A stretch of DNA of 64,000 nucleotides. Origin: Utricularia gibba (taxonomy: Eukaryota > Plantae > Magnoliophyta). The DNA is taken from contig NEEC01000008.1 of the NCBI GenBank assembly GCA_002189035.1, positions 1,736,001 through 1,800,000 on the forward strand, in the 5' to 3' direction. Both the position numbers and the translations under genes were made by a program. This document shows positions 13,640 through 25,927 of the stretch, piece by piece (within the stretch, counting starts at the first letter, position 1; every line of letters starts with the position of its first letter). Below the pieces are notes generated by a model, which was given only the letters and a program-made list of their open reading frames with translations, searched no databases and was not told the DNA's origin.

Positions 13640-13920
13640 GAGTCTATTCTATTTCAATAATTTTTTAAAGTATTTCTATTTAATTTTTGAAGATTCTAGT
13701 ATTTAATTATTTTAGAATAAAATAAAATTTATATTCTATAATTAATTTTAGAAATTATTAAATTTATTGATAATCTGTGTTTAATGATTAAATAATAAAT
13801 TAATCAAAAAATTATAATCTAATTTTTATCTATTTTAAAAATATATAAAATTAAATTATACAATAATTTAATACATTAAACTTTGTCCATAAACCATTTT
13901 TTATAAGTAAAATTTATAAA
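13640..13920 (+). repeat. AT-rich dispersed repeat family, copy B; ends approximate
   Basis: Shares TTTTTATCTATTTTAAAAATA (13823-13843) and TTAAATTATACAAT (13851-13864) with copy D. Confidence 0.65.
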
Positions 13921-14017
13921 CATGGAATCCTTCCGTTTGTTTGTTTTAAACCTTACTTCAGGATTTCCATCTTGGATTCCTCATACATATACAGATGCAT
14001 GATGATCATCAGTGTTT

Positions 14018-15016
14018 TCAGCAAAATGGAGACCGCTGGGGGGTGGATTTCCTCCGACTAATCGGAGCCGTCAGCCCGGTGGTGCTCAGGCGAAGCGAGC
14101 TGCTTCTCTTCTTCTTCGCCCTCGCCACCTCAGAGGTCGCCGTGCTGCAACTCACATTTGTGTACTCAGTGCTCGAACCCGACTCCGCCTCCAGCACTGA
14201 ATCCGGCGTCATTTGTCCTTCATCAACAGGTGATAAGGCTTGAAAGCCGCATTCCCGTAGATAATCCCACACGTTGCCCCCTTGCTTCACGATATGTTCA
14301 ACCTGCAACGCGAAAGGATAATCTTGTTTAACTGGGAGAAGAGGAAATGGGGGTGCCGACAGCAAAGTTGACTCACCTTGCAGCAGATGGAGCAGAAAAG
14401 GGACGCTTCTTGCAGGTTTCTGCCGCATGTAGCACAGAGAGCTGAGGAACCCTTGGGCGGCCGTGACAGTGGCCGTTGATTCAGAAACACCACTTTTGCA
14501 CTGTTTGTTGTGTACCCCTGAAGATTCAAAGTTTCACATGGGCAGACGAGAATTGAAGCTTAAATCCAGGGGTGAGCTGAGCTTACTTGAACTTGTGAAC
14601 AGTCCATCAATTTACCGGCATCAGCAAGCCTTATTACATCATGGTACACATATCTTCTTATCTGGGGGTGTGTGAAAAGGAAAAAAATTGCGATCTTTGA
14701 GTTTGGAAAGGCAGCGATTTTTCAGAGGAGGTAGATTTTTGGGAACCTGGAAGAGGTGATGGGAGCGATGAGAAGGCGAGCAATGAGGGCAAACCCCCTC
14801 GGAACAATCCAAACAGAACACATTCTTCTCGTTCTTTCTATAGCCTTCATGAATTACGCAGGCGTTGAAGAATTTCTCAGTCAACAGAGCACATAGCCAA
14901 TATGGGATCTCCTCTGTATTCTGAAGAAAAGAAGACACAAACAGTTATATCATCAGATCAAGGAAACCCAGGTGGGGAACCAAGCAAAGGGAGATCACCG
15001 AGTTTTCAATTCCCAT
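14018..15016 (-). CDS. PLATZ: PLATZ zinc-dependent transcription factor, 5 exons (short first exon tentative)
   Basis: WLCALLTEKFFNACVIHEGYRKNEKNVFCLDC..CPHC..HRSHHLFQ / IRRYVYHDVIRL / YTTNSAKVVFLNQRP..CATCGRNLQ..FCSICCK / ..SRRKSTPQRSPFC*. Start assumed from an 18-nt exon 15016-14999. Confidence 0.93.
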
Positions 15017-15158
15017 CAAGAATTGCGCATTCAGACGTAGATGGTTGTATCGTATTTGTACAGAGCATCCGTGGGTACCATGAAAGCATGAAGCTTCATA
15101 AGGAAGACAAAGATGCTCAGAGAGAGACGAATGATGTATTTATGCAATGATAACACCA

Positions 15159-15177
15159 GGGGGGGGGGGGGGGGGGG
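15159..15177 (+). repeat. G19 homopolymer upstream of PLATZ
   Basis: Nineteen consecutive G residues. Confidence 0.9.
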
Positions 15178-15964
15178 TTCAAGAAAAGAGAACGGCGCCT
15201 GCAAAACTGATGACACCCTTGTTGCTAATGTCAACAGACTAACTTTTCATTCTAGCTCCATTGGTAGGATCAAGAGGAGTTGGGCCGCATTAAAGGAAGG
15301 TGTTTGGTGGGGAAGACGAGGAGGCCATCCCATGGGACGCGACCCATGGTTCACCCCGATTGGCTGCAACTCTGCAGATTCATTTTACATGAACTCAGAG
15401 CGTTGCTCGGATTCCAAATTATCTAAACTTGTAAGAAAAAACTGGACATCCGCAGCCAACCGTGGCGGCGTGGCCGAGTTTCCCGGGATTCAAAAGCAAA
15501 CGGACGACCCCCAGAATCCAATAACCACCGGCAACCAATCAATTCGTTCTGACTTCACGGCATGAAATGTGTTTTTTTTTCCAATTAAAAAACAAAAAAC
15601 GTCGGCAAGACGCATTTCACATGGGATCCGATTCAAGGAGTCCAATTCCGTACCCCAAGAAATTCAAAAGCAAACCCCCTGTCGCAGACCGTCGGTGGTC
15701 TGTCTTTCCGGTGCCCACGCTACGCTTCCAAGGGGAAGTTTGGGTCCTTTCCGGGCCTCGGAATTCTGCTGCTCTTGGGCCAGCACTGCGCCCCAAGCCT
15801 AGCTTCTGATTCCCAATTTTAGATGTGGACACAAATACCGATCCATACGGGTCGGATACATGGCTTGGATACGTAAAAAAAACGAGTACGAATTGGGTCG
15901 ATAGTTGATGATCATGAGCCTGAGGTTAAAACAAAGGGACTCTTCTGTAATTTGAAACTATGCT

Positions 15965-16110
15965 TCATATTATATGAAATCGAATTAATATTAAGATTAT
16001 GTGAATAGAATCAATTTTGATATGATAAAAATATTTTTTATATATTATAAAATTTAATAAAATAAAAAATAGTATTAAATTTAATACGTTAAATTATTAT
16101 ATATTGTGAT
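15965..16110 (-). repeat. AT-rich dispersed repeat family, copy C (partial); ends approximate
   Basis: ATTATGTGAATA.AATCAATTT and the exact 31-mer shared with copy A. Confidence 0.65.
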
Positions 16111-17329
16111 ATATATACATATAGGATTAAAAAATCTTAGTAAGTTTATACTACTTATTTTAAACTCTATTAATCTAATCAACCAAAAACCACCCAAAAT
16201 AAATAAGATATAATGTATAATTCTTATGCCAAATTCTCCTAATCTCATAAACTAAATCAGAGTTGGGATTTGTTTAGAATAGCTTCCATGTTTAGAAAAA
16301 ATAATTTTATTATCGAATACGATTAATTTCTATTTTTGAATTAAAACAGAAATTTATAAGTATTTTTTTAATAAGGTACACAAGTGCATCCTTTTATTTT
16401 TTTAATAAGAAAATAATTTTTAAATAAATAGAAGGTTATTGATGATGGGCGAAATAGAATTGAAATACACAAGAGACAAGAAGAAAAGAACAAACCATGA
16501 ATGCGAGGAGAGAGCAAGGGGAGAGGACTGGACCATGCAGCAAAAGCGAGTGAGGCCCAAATGGGTAGGGGTAGTACCGTAACTTCACACCCTCCTTCTT
16601 CTTCCTTCCCTGCCTACTCGGGTCGGGTTGTGCCCTTGGAGAGCGCCACCACCTTTTCACTCCCTCCCTCCGACGCCGGCGACTCGGCGGCTCCGGGCAT
16701 CGGAAATGAATCACCTCCTCCACGGCGCATGTGGATGGATCGGGATGAGGAAGCAGAGCGCTGCAACAGGGTCGTAATGAGGCACATGGAAAGGTCGTTT
16801 TCGGGGTTGGCTCCCCCCACCTCTGCCGCCTCTGCTCCCCCCTTCCCCACTCTCTCCCTTGCTTTGAACTTCATCCCCTTCCTCTCTCACGTGTACACCC
16901 CATCCAACACACCACCCTTATCCATCCCCAAATTCTTGAATTACCAACTTCTCAGAGAGCAACCTTTGCTGCGCATTGTAAACGTGGTATTTTGGCATTG
17001 GTTAAGCATATCAGGAATGGATAGAGCAGTGAGAGTCCCAGGTTTTGGTAAGAACTCGACACAATTAGTGTGACTTAATGTTTGTATGAGGTGGGGATAA
17101 ATGTGCAGGAGAAGGCTCGAAGGAATTCCCGCTACAGTGGCACCATAAATGATTGGAATATAAAGAGGGATCGATCGCAAAAGTTCAACCCCAAGTAACT
17201 TTTTGTTGTCCCTTCTTCCCCCTCCATTTCCTCTGCTTCTTGGATCACCGCAACACACAAGCCCATCAATCAGTCTAAGGAGAATCTCCACAATCATAAT
17301 AAGTTAACACACACAGTAAGCTCCAAAGA

Positions 17330-19155
17330 ATGTCTTCTTCTTCTACTGGTTTCTCCACGGACCATCTCCACCAACCCTTCTCCTCCGTCCCTTCCGAGAA
17401 GCTCTGCTATGTCAACTGCAACATGTGCGACACCATCCTCGCGGTATCCTCCTCTGCAGTTCATGCATCCCGTTGTATACAGTACAGTGCAGGTTCCTGG
17501 ACTTTTGAATATTGTGAATGCAGGTGAGTGTTCCTTGCACGAGCTTGTTCAAGACTGTGGCGGTTAGATGCGGCCATTGCTCCAATCTGTTCTCTGTCAA
17601 CATGCGCAGCTTGCTTCTCCCTGCAGCCAATCTCAGCCACCCATTCTTCTCTGCTCACTCTATTCTGGTCTGTTTATGCTTCTTTTTTTTTTTTACATTA
17701 GGGTTTAGGTGAGTAAGTTCGTTATTCGGGTTTTCGTTTTTCTACAGGAGGAGCTTCGAAACACCTCGGTGAACCAGCTGATCCAGCAGACGCTTCCGAG
17801 CGACACCCTGATCCGATTCCGAGGCATCGACGAGATGCCGAAGCCTCCTGTCGTCAACAGACGTGAGATTCTGAACTTTGTACCTTATCCTTTCCTCCAC
17901 ACTTTTATTACATGAATTTCTATTTCAAGAACTCGTTCACCTCCTGTGATTCTAATCCTCCCATTTCCTTCAAGCCCTCATTATCTTCAACTCTTCTTCT
18001 ACTCGTCGCATTCGTATTCCCAGGATTGACACAAGTGTTAGAATGGCATGAGGTTCAATCAAATCCATCCCAATATCCCTTTTCCTGTATCTGCATCTGC
18101 ATGTGATAAAAGAATCCCATAAACGCGTTGGCGTGTAAAGGGAAAATCTGGAAAGAGGAACGAATCATCAGATAATGATGATGATATGATGGCAATGGCG
18201 GTGGCAGTAAACGCCAGTCAAACGTATTTTATTGATACTCACTACCAACATTTACTTTCTTTTTCCTTTTCAGCTCCAGAGAAGCGACAAAGAGTGCCTT
18301 CCGCTTACAACCGCTTCATCAAGTGAGTGCTTTCTGTTCTTCATTTCAATTTGTAGTGCAACAACACCCTCTCGTCTTAAACCAGGATCCGCAGAGGTAG
18401 ACAGCCAGCAGTTAGAACTTTGGAATGAGAGTAGATTCAGTATCCCTTGTACGTTGTGTGCGTTTATTGCATTGGAACAAACGTTAACTACGTGGACCAC
18501 GTAGGGCGTGGGTGAAATTGAGCTCAAGAGTTTTTCACCCTCGGGAGCTTAGTTTACCAAACAGCATTTACCTTTACATTGACAGTCCCCACCACCCCAG
18601 AACAAAAACCCCACCAAGTGTCCTTGTGTGCGCATGGCAGCCTTTAGTAACTTCTTTTGAGGCCAAATTCAATGTAGAAACCAGAACAGTTGCTATTTAC
18701 TGCAGACACCATGGACACACACATACAACCTACACAGTAATTCTTTTATTTTGCTCTTAACAACAAGGTAAAAACTTTGTTGCAGAGATGAGATCCAGCG
18801 GATCAAAGCCAGCAACCCTGATATAAGTCACAGAGAGGCCTTCAGTGCAGCTGCGAAAAATGTATGTGGGCATTAAGAGACTAGACCAGGGTTTTAGTTA
18901 CTGTGTTGTTTATTTATTTATTTATTCATTGCTGCTACTCAGTGGGCGCATTTCCCCCACATTCACTTCGGTCTGATGCCTGAGCAGCCCTTGAAGAGAC
19001 CCAGCCTCTACCAACAGGTAAAATACAAAACTTGGGCTGCTGCACAATGGTTAAAGGAATGTAATCTTAGACAAACTGTGCAGGAGGGAGATGGAGTTGT
19101 GATGAAAGAGGCCCTGCTTGCTCCAACTGCCAATGTCGGGGTATCTCCCTACTAG
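17330..19155 (+). CDS. FIL: YABBY transcription factor, FIL/YAB1-like, 7 exons
   Basis: [17 protein letters not shown] / [19 protein letters not shown] (C2C2 finger); PPVVNR / [17 protein letters not shown] / [25 protein letters not shown] / [13 protein letters not shown]; ends NVGVSPY*, typical of the FIL group. Confidence 0.95.
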
Positions 19156-19506
19156 CTAGCGGATCAGGAAGCTGACGTTGCTGATGCACATGTTTTAGCT
19201 CACTGTAATCTCTGTTATGTGTTGTGTTCTGTAGCGCATGTGGTTAGGCTTCTTAATCTCTCTCTGTACTGTGCTGCTTCAGCTTTTCTGGACTTAATTA
19301 GTCTGCTAATTTACGGTTAAGGGTTGTTAAGCAATCACAGGATAGATGGATACGGGAAAGAACAAAAAAATAAGAGTGAATTGTATAAATGCGAGACCCA
19401 GAGACAGTGCTTACAGTTACGGCAAACTGTTTTCACATCACTTTCTACTGTGTTCTACCCGTGTTTGACATCAGAGCACCCACCAGAGAACCTTCCCTTT
19501 TCTTCT

Positions 19507-21556
19507 TCACTGTTTTTGGAATTCCAATTCGGGATTTAGAGGATATTCGAGGCCTTGAAGTGCAGGAATCCGTCTCAAATCTTCGTCGGAGTAAGCTGGG
19601 ATGAACCAATACTTCCTATCTGTCCCAAAGACCTGTTGTAAAAGAACTGCTGTATTAGAGATGAGATCAAAGAAAGCCTTTTTTGCAGGGATAGCAGAAG
19701 AGTATGACTGCTGAGCAGGATATGGGGAAGGGTATGCGTGTCTCATTCATCTATAACTCATATTTTTCAAGTATCCATTTTTCCTTGCTAAACGATAGAC
19801 TAGAACTGATGTAAATGACCTGCTCAAAGTTCCGTCTTCTTCCAAGATCATAAAGCCATTTGGGGGTACTCTTCTTCTCATAAGCCTATTCGCCAGTGGA
19901 GACAAGGGCAGAAAAAAGTTCGAGGTCACAACATTAAGGAGAAAAAAGTTCAATGCGCTGAAGATCATATATATTATATATATCAAATTCGCATACTTGT
20001 GATGCTATTGAAATATAAAGTAGCTGATGAAAAAATAACTACAAGAGGGAACAAATGAAAATTGAAGGGTGTAATAACATATGATACCTCGATGGTTGTG
20101 GTATTGGCAGAAACCAGCGACATATGCATAATCAGAAATCCCATTACACTCAACGCGAATGCCAAATCAAGAACTGAAAACATATTGGGTAATTTAGCAG
20201 TGTGGTGAAAAAAGGGAAGCAACACTCGAACTGGGAAGAAAGAACCGTACCAAATGCAAGAAAAGTAGTTGCTAGAGTCCCCGGAGTCCCAGGGATCTCC
20301 CCATCACTAAAGAATGCTATGAACTGAGGCAATAATGCTAACGTAACAAGAGTGGTTTCAAGGAATGTGTAGAACTGCAAGGCATAAAAAATGATCAGAA
20401 GTGACAGATATATAAGCATTCTTGAACTGCCATAGGGACAATTAATAAGCCTAAGGACCAACTAAGCGTTTATCTGTTTACAATATTACCAAAGATTAGA
20501 AATTAAAAATCTACACAGCATCATCAGTTTATTTGGCATGAAAAAATTTGATTGGGAAAAGGAAAAGGGTCAATGCTATTTCAAACCATGCAATTGAACA
20601 GAAGCACACCTAATCTCATGGAGCTGCTACATCATACCAGGAAGAGAAGGAAATACTTGTAATTCACCGCCCCAACACAGTTCACTACCCAGACACAGTG
20701 ATGATCCATCTTCAGTACGCACCTCCCACCTAATTTAAGAAATGAGGTCACACAATTCCCATACACGATAAAGACGTCATATAAGATAGATGTCAACAAA
20801 AAATAAGAAGCAACTCACAAACAGAACAATGATGGCAACGAGGTGGCTTCATCTGATTGCATTTTCTACAAAAGCGAATTTTTCCATTCTCCGAATTCAG
20901 AGGGAACTCAGATGCAATCAGTCCCTCACTCTCGCCACTTTCTGGGTCTAAATCTGGTCGCCACTTTGGAGGCACACTACCAGGGTCCGTGAATACCACT
21001 GAAAAATAACTCCACAAGAGCATCCCCAACTGCAAAAATGCATAATTCCTGAACACTCGACAACTTGATAAAACCATGCTTTTTTTTGAAATGCTCACAG
21101 GAAGGCAGCAAGACGATATATGATAAAAGAGATCAAAATTACTCATATCTTAAATTTCACACATTTCACAATTATATTTGAAGCTAACTACAGACGAACT
21201 CATAATCATATTGAAGCTAATCAGGACACGGCTTGATGCAGGGTTAACCAAATACAACAAGAAATTAAAAAAACTGCACAACATCACAAGAAAACTTGCA
21301 CAATCTGGAAAACTACCAAAAAAAAAAATCTTTTGGTCGAAATTACCAAGAGATGAAACAAGATCAAAACGACGAGAGCTATGAGAGTATCAATGCCTCC
21401 TGCTGCAAGTCCAGGGCCGTAAGTGGTGATCACCACCGCATAATACGAAACACCGACAACCCCGAGCACCAACAGGATCATTATCGAGCCGAGACCGCGT
21501 AGGGCCGTGCAAAACTTAAACACGTTCCATGCCATAGCTGCTCCAGATCTGTGCAT
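19507..21556 (-). CDS. PAT14: DHHC protein S-acyltransferase, PAT14-like, 7 exons
   Basis: [50 protein letters not shown] / [34 protein letters not shown] / AYEK..YDLG..NFEQ / VFG. Confidence 0.96.
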
Positions 21557-21999
21557 TTTACTGCTCGCAATCCAGAGAAAAGATAACACAATGGGCGATC
21601 CCCGAAGGTTCAATTAGGGCTTTAGAAGTGTACCAAACCCACAAACGAAAAGTCGCATGAGATTGAAGCTCGGACTACACCTTGAACTTTCCCAGCTTTG
21701 ACTCGTAAAATACTTTCCTCTCTAAAAGAAAAGAAAAAAACACAATTATGAATGTTGTCGTGCATTGTAATTTCACCATAATTTTGGGCGTACTGAAAAA
21801 AGAAATGAGATGAGTAGGAGGAGTGAAGTGCAATTTAAGAGAATTGAACCGTTGGGAGCAAACCACGCGCCGCCGCATACACATGCAACGCACGTTCTCC
21901 TCCAAAAGCGCGGAGCCATTCCAGGCTCTATTTCCCTCTCCCTCAGAATCGCATGTCAAAAAGAACAATGCTTAGAGTTTCGGTTTCTGTGATAACCAA

Positions 22000-24900
22000 A
22001 TGTCCTTCTCAGATTCAGAAACATCTTCCAGTCATGGCGGGGGAGAGTACAAGAACTTCCGCCAAATCAGCCGTCATAGTAAGCTTATCATAAAACTCCC
22101 CTCATTATGCCAATCAGATTCAGAGACATCTTCTTTTGTTTGTAGGATTACTGTACGAAATGCTACAAGACTCCAAATCCGCTGGTTCGAGATCATCATG
22201 GAAGGTATTTTGTTATGTCTAGTGGATTAAGGCTTAGTCTTTCAAGTTTCAAAGCCTTTTCGGAAACGGTTTCTGTACGCTTTTCTTGCTCATTTAGGTA
22301 CTCGTCATGGATAAAGTTACATTGAAAGTGCTATCTAGCTCATGCAAAATGGCAGATATCACGGATCAGGGAGTATCATGTAATGCATTGAAGAATTTTA
22401 TGTTTCATTTTAATGGCAATGAATGTTAACATCATCGTGATGCTTTGCAGTGGTGGAACAGCTGCTCAAAAGTAAAGAGCCTATGCCTTCTATGGAGGCT
22501 GTATACTTCATTCAACCTTTAAAAGAAAAGTAAAGTACTCTCCCATTTTAATATGCTCTCTGTTGCATCTAATGGCTTTAAGGAGAGGGACCTTAGTACT
22601 GATACATGCAATCTTCATTTCAGTGTCATCATGTTCTTGTCTGATATGTCAGGAAGGGAACCTTTATACAGGAAGTAAGATGGGTGTTGTAATTCTTAGT
22701 TCATTTCCTATTTTTGCAATCGTTTGATGGTGTTTGAATCCTTCTTCCCATGACACGCTTGATAATCTGGGGATTCAGAGCATATGTATACTTTAGCACG
22801 CCAGTACCGAAGGACCTAGTAGCACGTATAAAGAATGATGCAAGTGTTCTGCCTCGTATTGGTGCACTGCGAGAAGTATGGAATTCGGCTTTTGAAGTAA
22901 CTAGTTGGTTTCTTTTGGAACTAGGCCAATGTGGGTTTGATGTTTTTTGTTTTCCTCGGCCAACTTGCAGATGAACATGGAATACTTCTCCATGGACATT
23001 CAGGTAATTCAAGAAACATACCCTGCATACCCTTCATCATGTGCATGACTGTGCTGGCTGTTATAATCTCAGGGATTCGTTACAGATCATGAAGGTGCTC
23101 TTCAAGAACTGTATGGCGAGAATGCTGAAAACTCCCGCAGATACGACATTTGCTTGAATGAAATCGCTGTTAGAATGGCTACAGTTTTTGCTTCACTGAA
23201 GGTGCCAACAAAATCTTGAAACCATCCTTCATAGAGGAAAAGAAACATTGTATCATCTTATAAGTTGTTTTAGCTTGTTTTCGATACCAGGAGCATCCTT
23301 GTGTGAGGTACAAAGCTGCAAAGGGGATTGATGGCCCATCAGAAGCTACCAGCCGTGAATTGATTCCAACAAAGCTTGCAGCAGCAGTTTGGAACATCAT
23401 TTCTACATATAAAACAACAATTTCTAACTTCCCTCAGTCTGAAACATGCGACTTGCTTATATTGGATAGATCAACTGATCAGGTATTTTAAAACCTGAAC
23501 TTGCATCATCACAAAGTGTATGCGCATTATTCATTTTGGCTATTTTCAGATTGCTCCTGTTATTCATGAATGGACATATGAAGCTATGTGTTATGATCTT
23601 CTTGAGCTGGATGGGAATAAATGTGTACAAGAGGTAAAACAACATATTTATCCCATTTTCATTAGCCCGACGACTTCTCTGATCCCATCTAATGTTTTCT
23701 TCAAGGTTTCTAGCTCGTCCGGTGGTCCTTCCGAAAAGAAGGAAGTCCTTCTAGATGATCGCGATCCTCTCTGGCTCGAGCTCAGGCATTCTCATATAGC
23801 TGAGGTGTGTATGTATCTCTTCACCTTTTCTTATCACTTACAAGGTTTTTGACTTTAGATGATATTGCACGTTAGGTTAGTGAAAAATTGCATGAGAAGT
23901 TCACAAATTTTGCTTCCAAAAACAAAGCAGCTCAATTACAACAGAGGTGAGTGGTGGGATGTTCAGGTTTTTAGTAATGCAAGATGTGTATAATCATAGA
24001 TTCGAGTTTATTACTCTCCACAGAGATGGCAGCGAAATCTCCACCAGAGAACTTCAAAAAATTGTCCAGGATTTGCCTCAGTACAGAGAGCAATCTGAGA
24101 AACTTTCTCTCCATGTCGAGGTCGGTTTGCTTGCTCCAAAATAGAACATTTTAAGTCATGTTGGGATTCTTAACATAGTTACTTCACTATCAGATAGCTG
24201 GAAAAATCAATACTATTATCAGGAGTTCAGGACTCCGGGAACTAGGACAACTCGAGCAGGATCTTGTGTTTGGTAATGCAGGAACAAAGGAAGTCATCAA
24301 CTTGCTGAGATCAAAGCAGGTAATATCATAATTATCTCATGTTCTGAGCCTGCTCAAAAGGTGGAAAATAATTAGCGAGAACAAGTTGCCCTTTTTTGAG
24401 ATAACGCTTCCCTGTTTTGTTCCTTTCGTAGGAGAGATCAAGTGAGAACAAGTTGCGACTTTTACTGATTTATGCCTGTGTCTATCCAGAGAAGTTTGAA
24501 GGTGACAAAGCTTTGAAACTAATGCAGGTTCTTCCTTGCCTTTCTACTCCACACAAAATATTAGCAAGAATTTAGAGGGAGGCCTTTGCCTTTCCTCTTG
24601 AAGCTGATCACATACATATGGTTTTTCAGTTAGCGAAATTATCTCCTGCTGATATGAAAACAGTGAGCAATATGAGATTGCTTGAGGGCTCAGACTCTAA
24701 GAAGACTTCTCGTGGGATTTTCTCTCTCAAATTTGATTCTGCCATGGTAGAACTACCCCAGTATGTGCATTATTATCCATGATTGAAACTTAAAAAGCTC
24801 ACTATCTTTTGTTTTCAGAATAAGCATGCAGAAAGAGAGGATCGGACCGGGGAGGAGGAGCAATGGCAATTGTCTCGGTTTTATCCCAAGATAGAGGTTC

Positions 24901-25617
24901 GATCAAAATCATATTCCAGTTCACATGTTTTCAGTTGCAAATGGCAGTGACATCATGAGCGTGATTCTTCCTTAGGAGTTGATTGAAAAATTAAATAAAG
25001 GAGAGTTGCCAAAAGATGACTACCAGTGCATGAATAATGAGCCTAGCAATCAAGTGAACAGTAGAGCTCCACAAACTTCCTCAGCGAGATCAACTCAATC
25101 TGCTGGCCCGCATTCACAAAGATCCAGGCGAACTGCAACATGGGCCAGGTCCCGTAATTCTGATGATGGATATTCCAGGTAACTTCTTCGCTGTCTTTCT
25201 TTTCCACTGTCATTGCATTCAGAGCTGATACTGTCTCTTCTCTTCATCCTCCAGTGATTCAGTGCTGAAAAACAGTACATCCACAGAGTTAAAGAAGATG
25301 GGACGGCGCATTTTTGTGTTCATAGTTGGAGGCGCAACCAGATCTGAGGTGCAAGGTTTACAAGTTTGTAACAGTAGTAAGTGGCAAGTTCTATACTAAC
25401 TATATTCTTGGTTTTTCTTTCTGCAGCTTAGAGTTTGCCACAAGCTTACTGCAAGGCTGAGGAGGGAGGTGGTCCTTGGAACAACCAGTATCGATGACCC
25501 ACCTCAATACATCACGGTAGAATTTGAGAAACCACCTTCATTTAAATTGATCTTATGAATATTTTTGTTTCTTGGCAGAAACTGAAGCTGTTATCGGATA
25601 AAGAACCTTCCATGTAG
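22000..25617 (+). CDS. SEC1A: Sec1/Munc18 SNARE-interacting protein, SEC1A-like, about 21 exons
   Basis: [69 protein letters not shown] / [52 protein letters not shown]; all introns traced as GT-AG. Confidence 0.95.
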
Positions 25618-25927
25618 GCCATAAAGTTTTGAATGGAGCTACCACAAGTTTGTTGCTGTTGTTGACGCAACACCTTCAAGGTTTATGCTTGTGTCCTAGT
25701 TGTGCAATATTTACCTTAATATACAAAACTGCTACAAGTAACTTTGTAGACTTCTGTTTTGACAGAATGATACGTTCATATGAAATATGATTTAAAACAG
25801 AATTTCCAGAATATGACACCGTGACCTAGTACTAGTCTACTTCCCATTCTAATTGTTTTCAGCAATTGACCAAGGCCTGGTAATCAGGAACAAAAACTAC
25901 TTACATACCTACCTCCATACTACTAAG

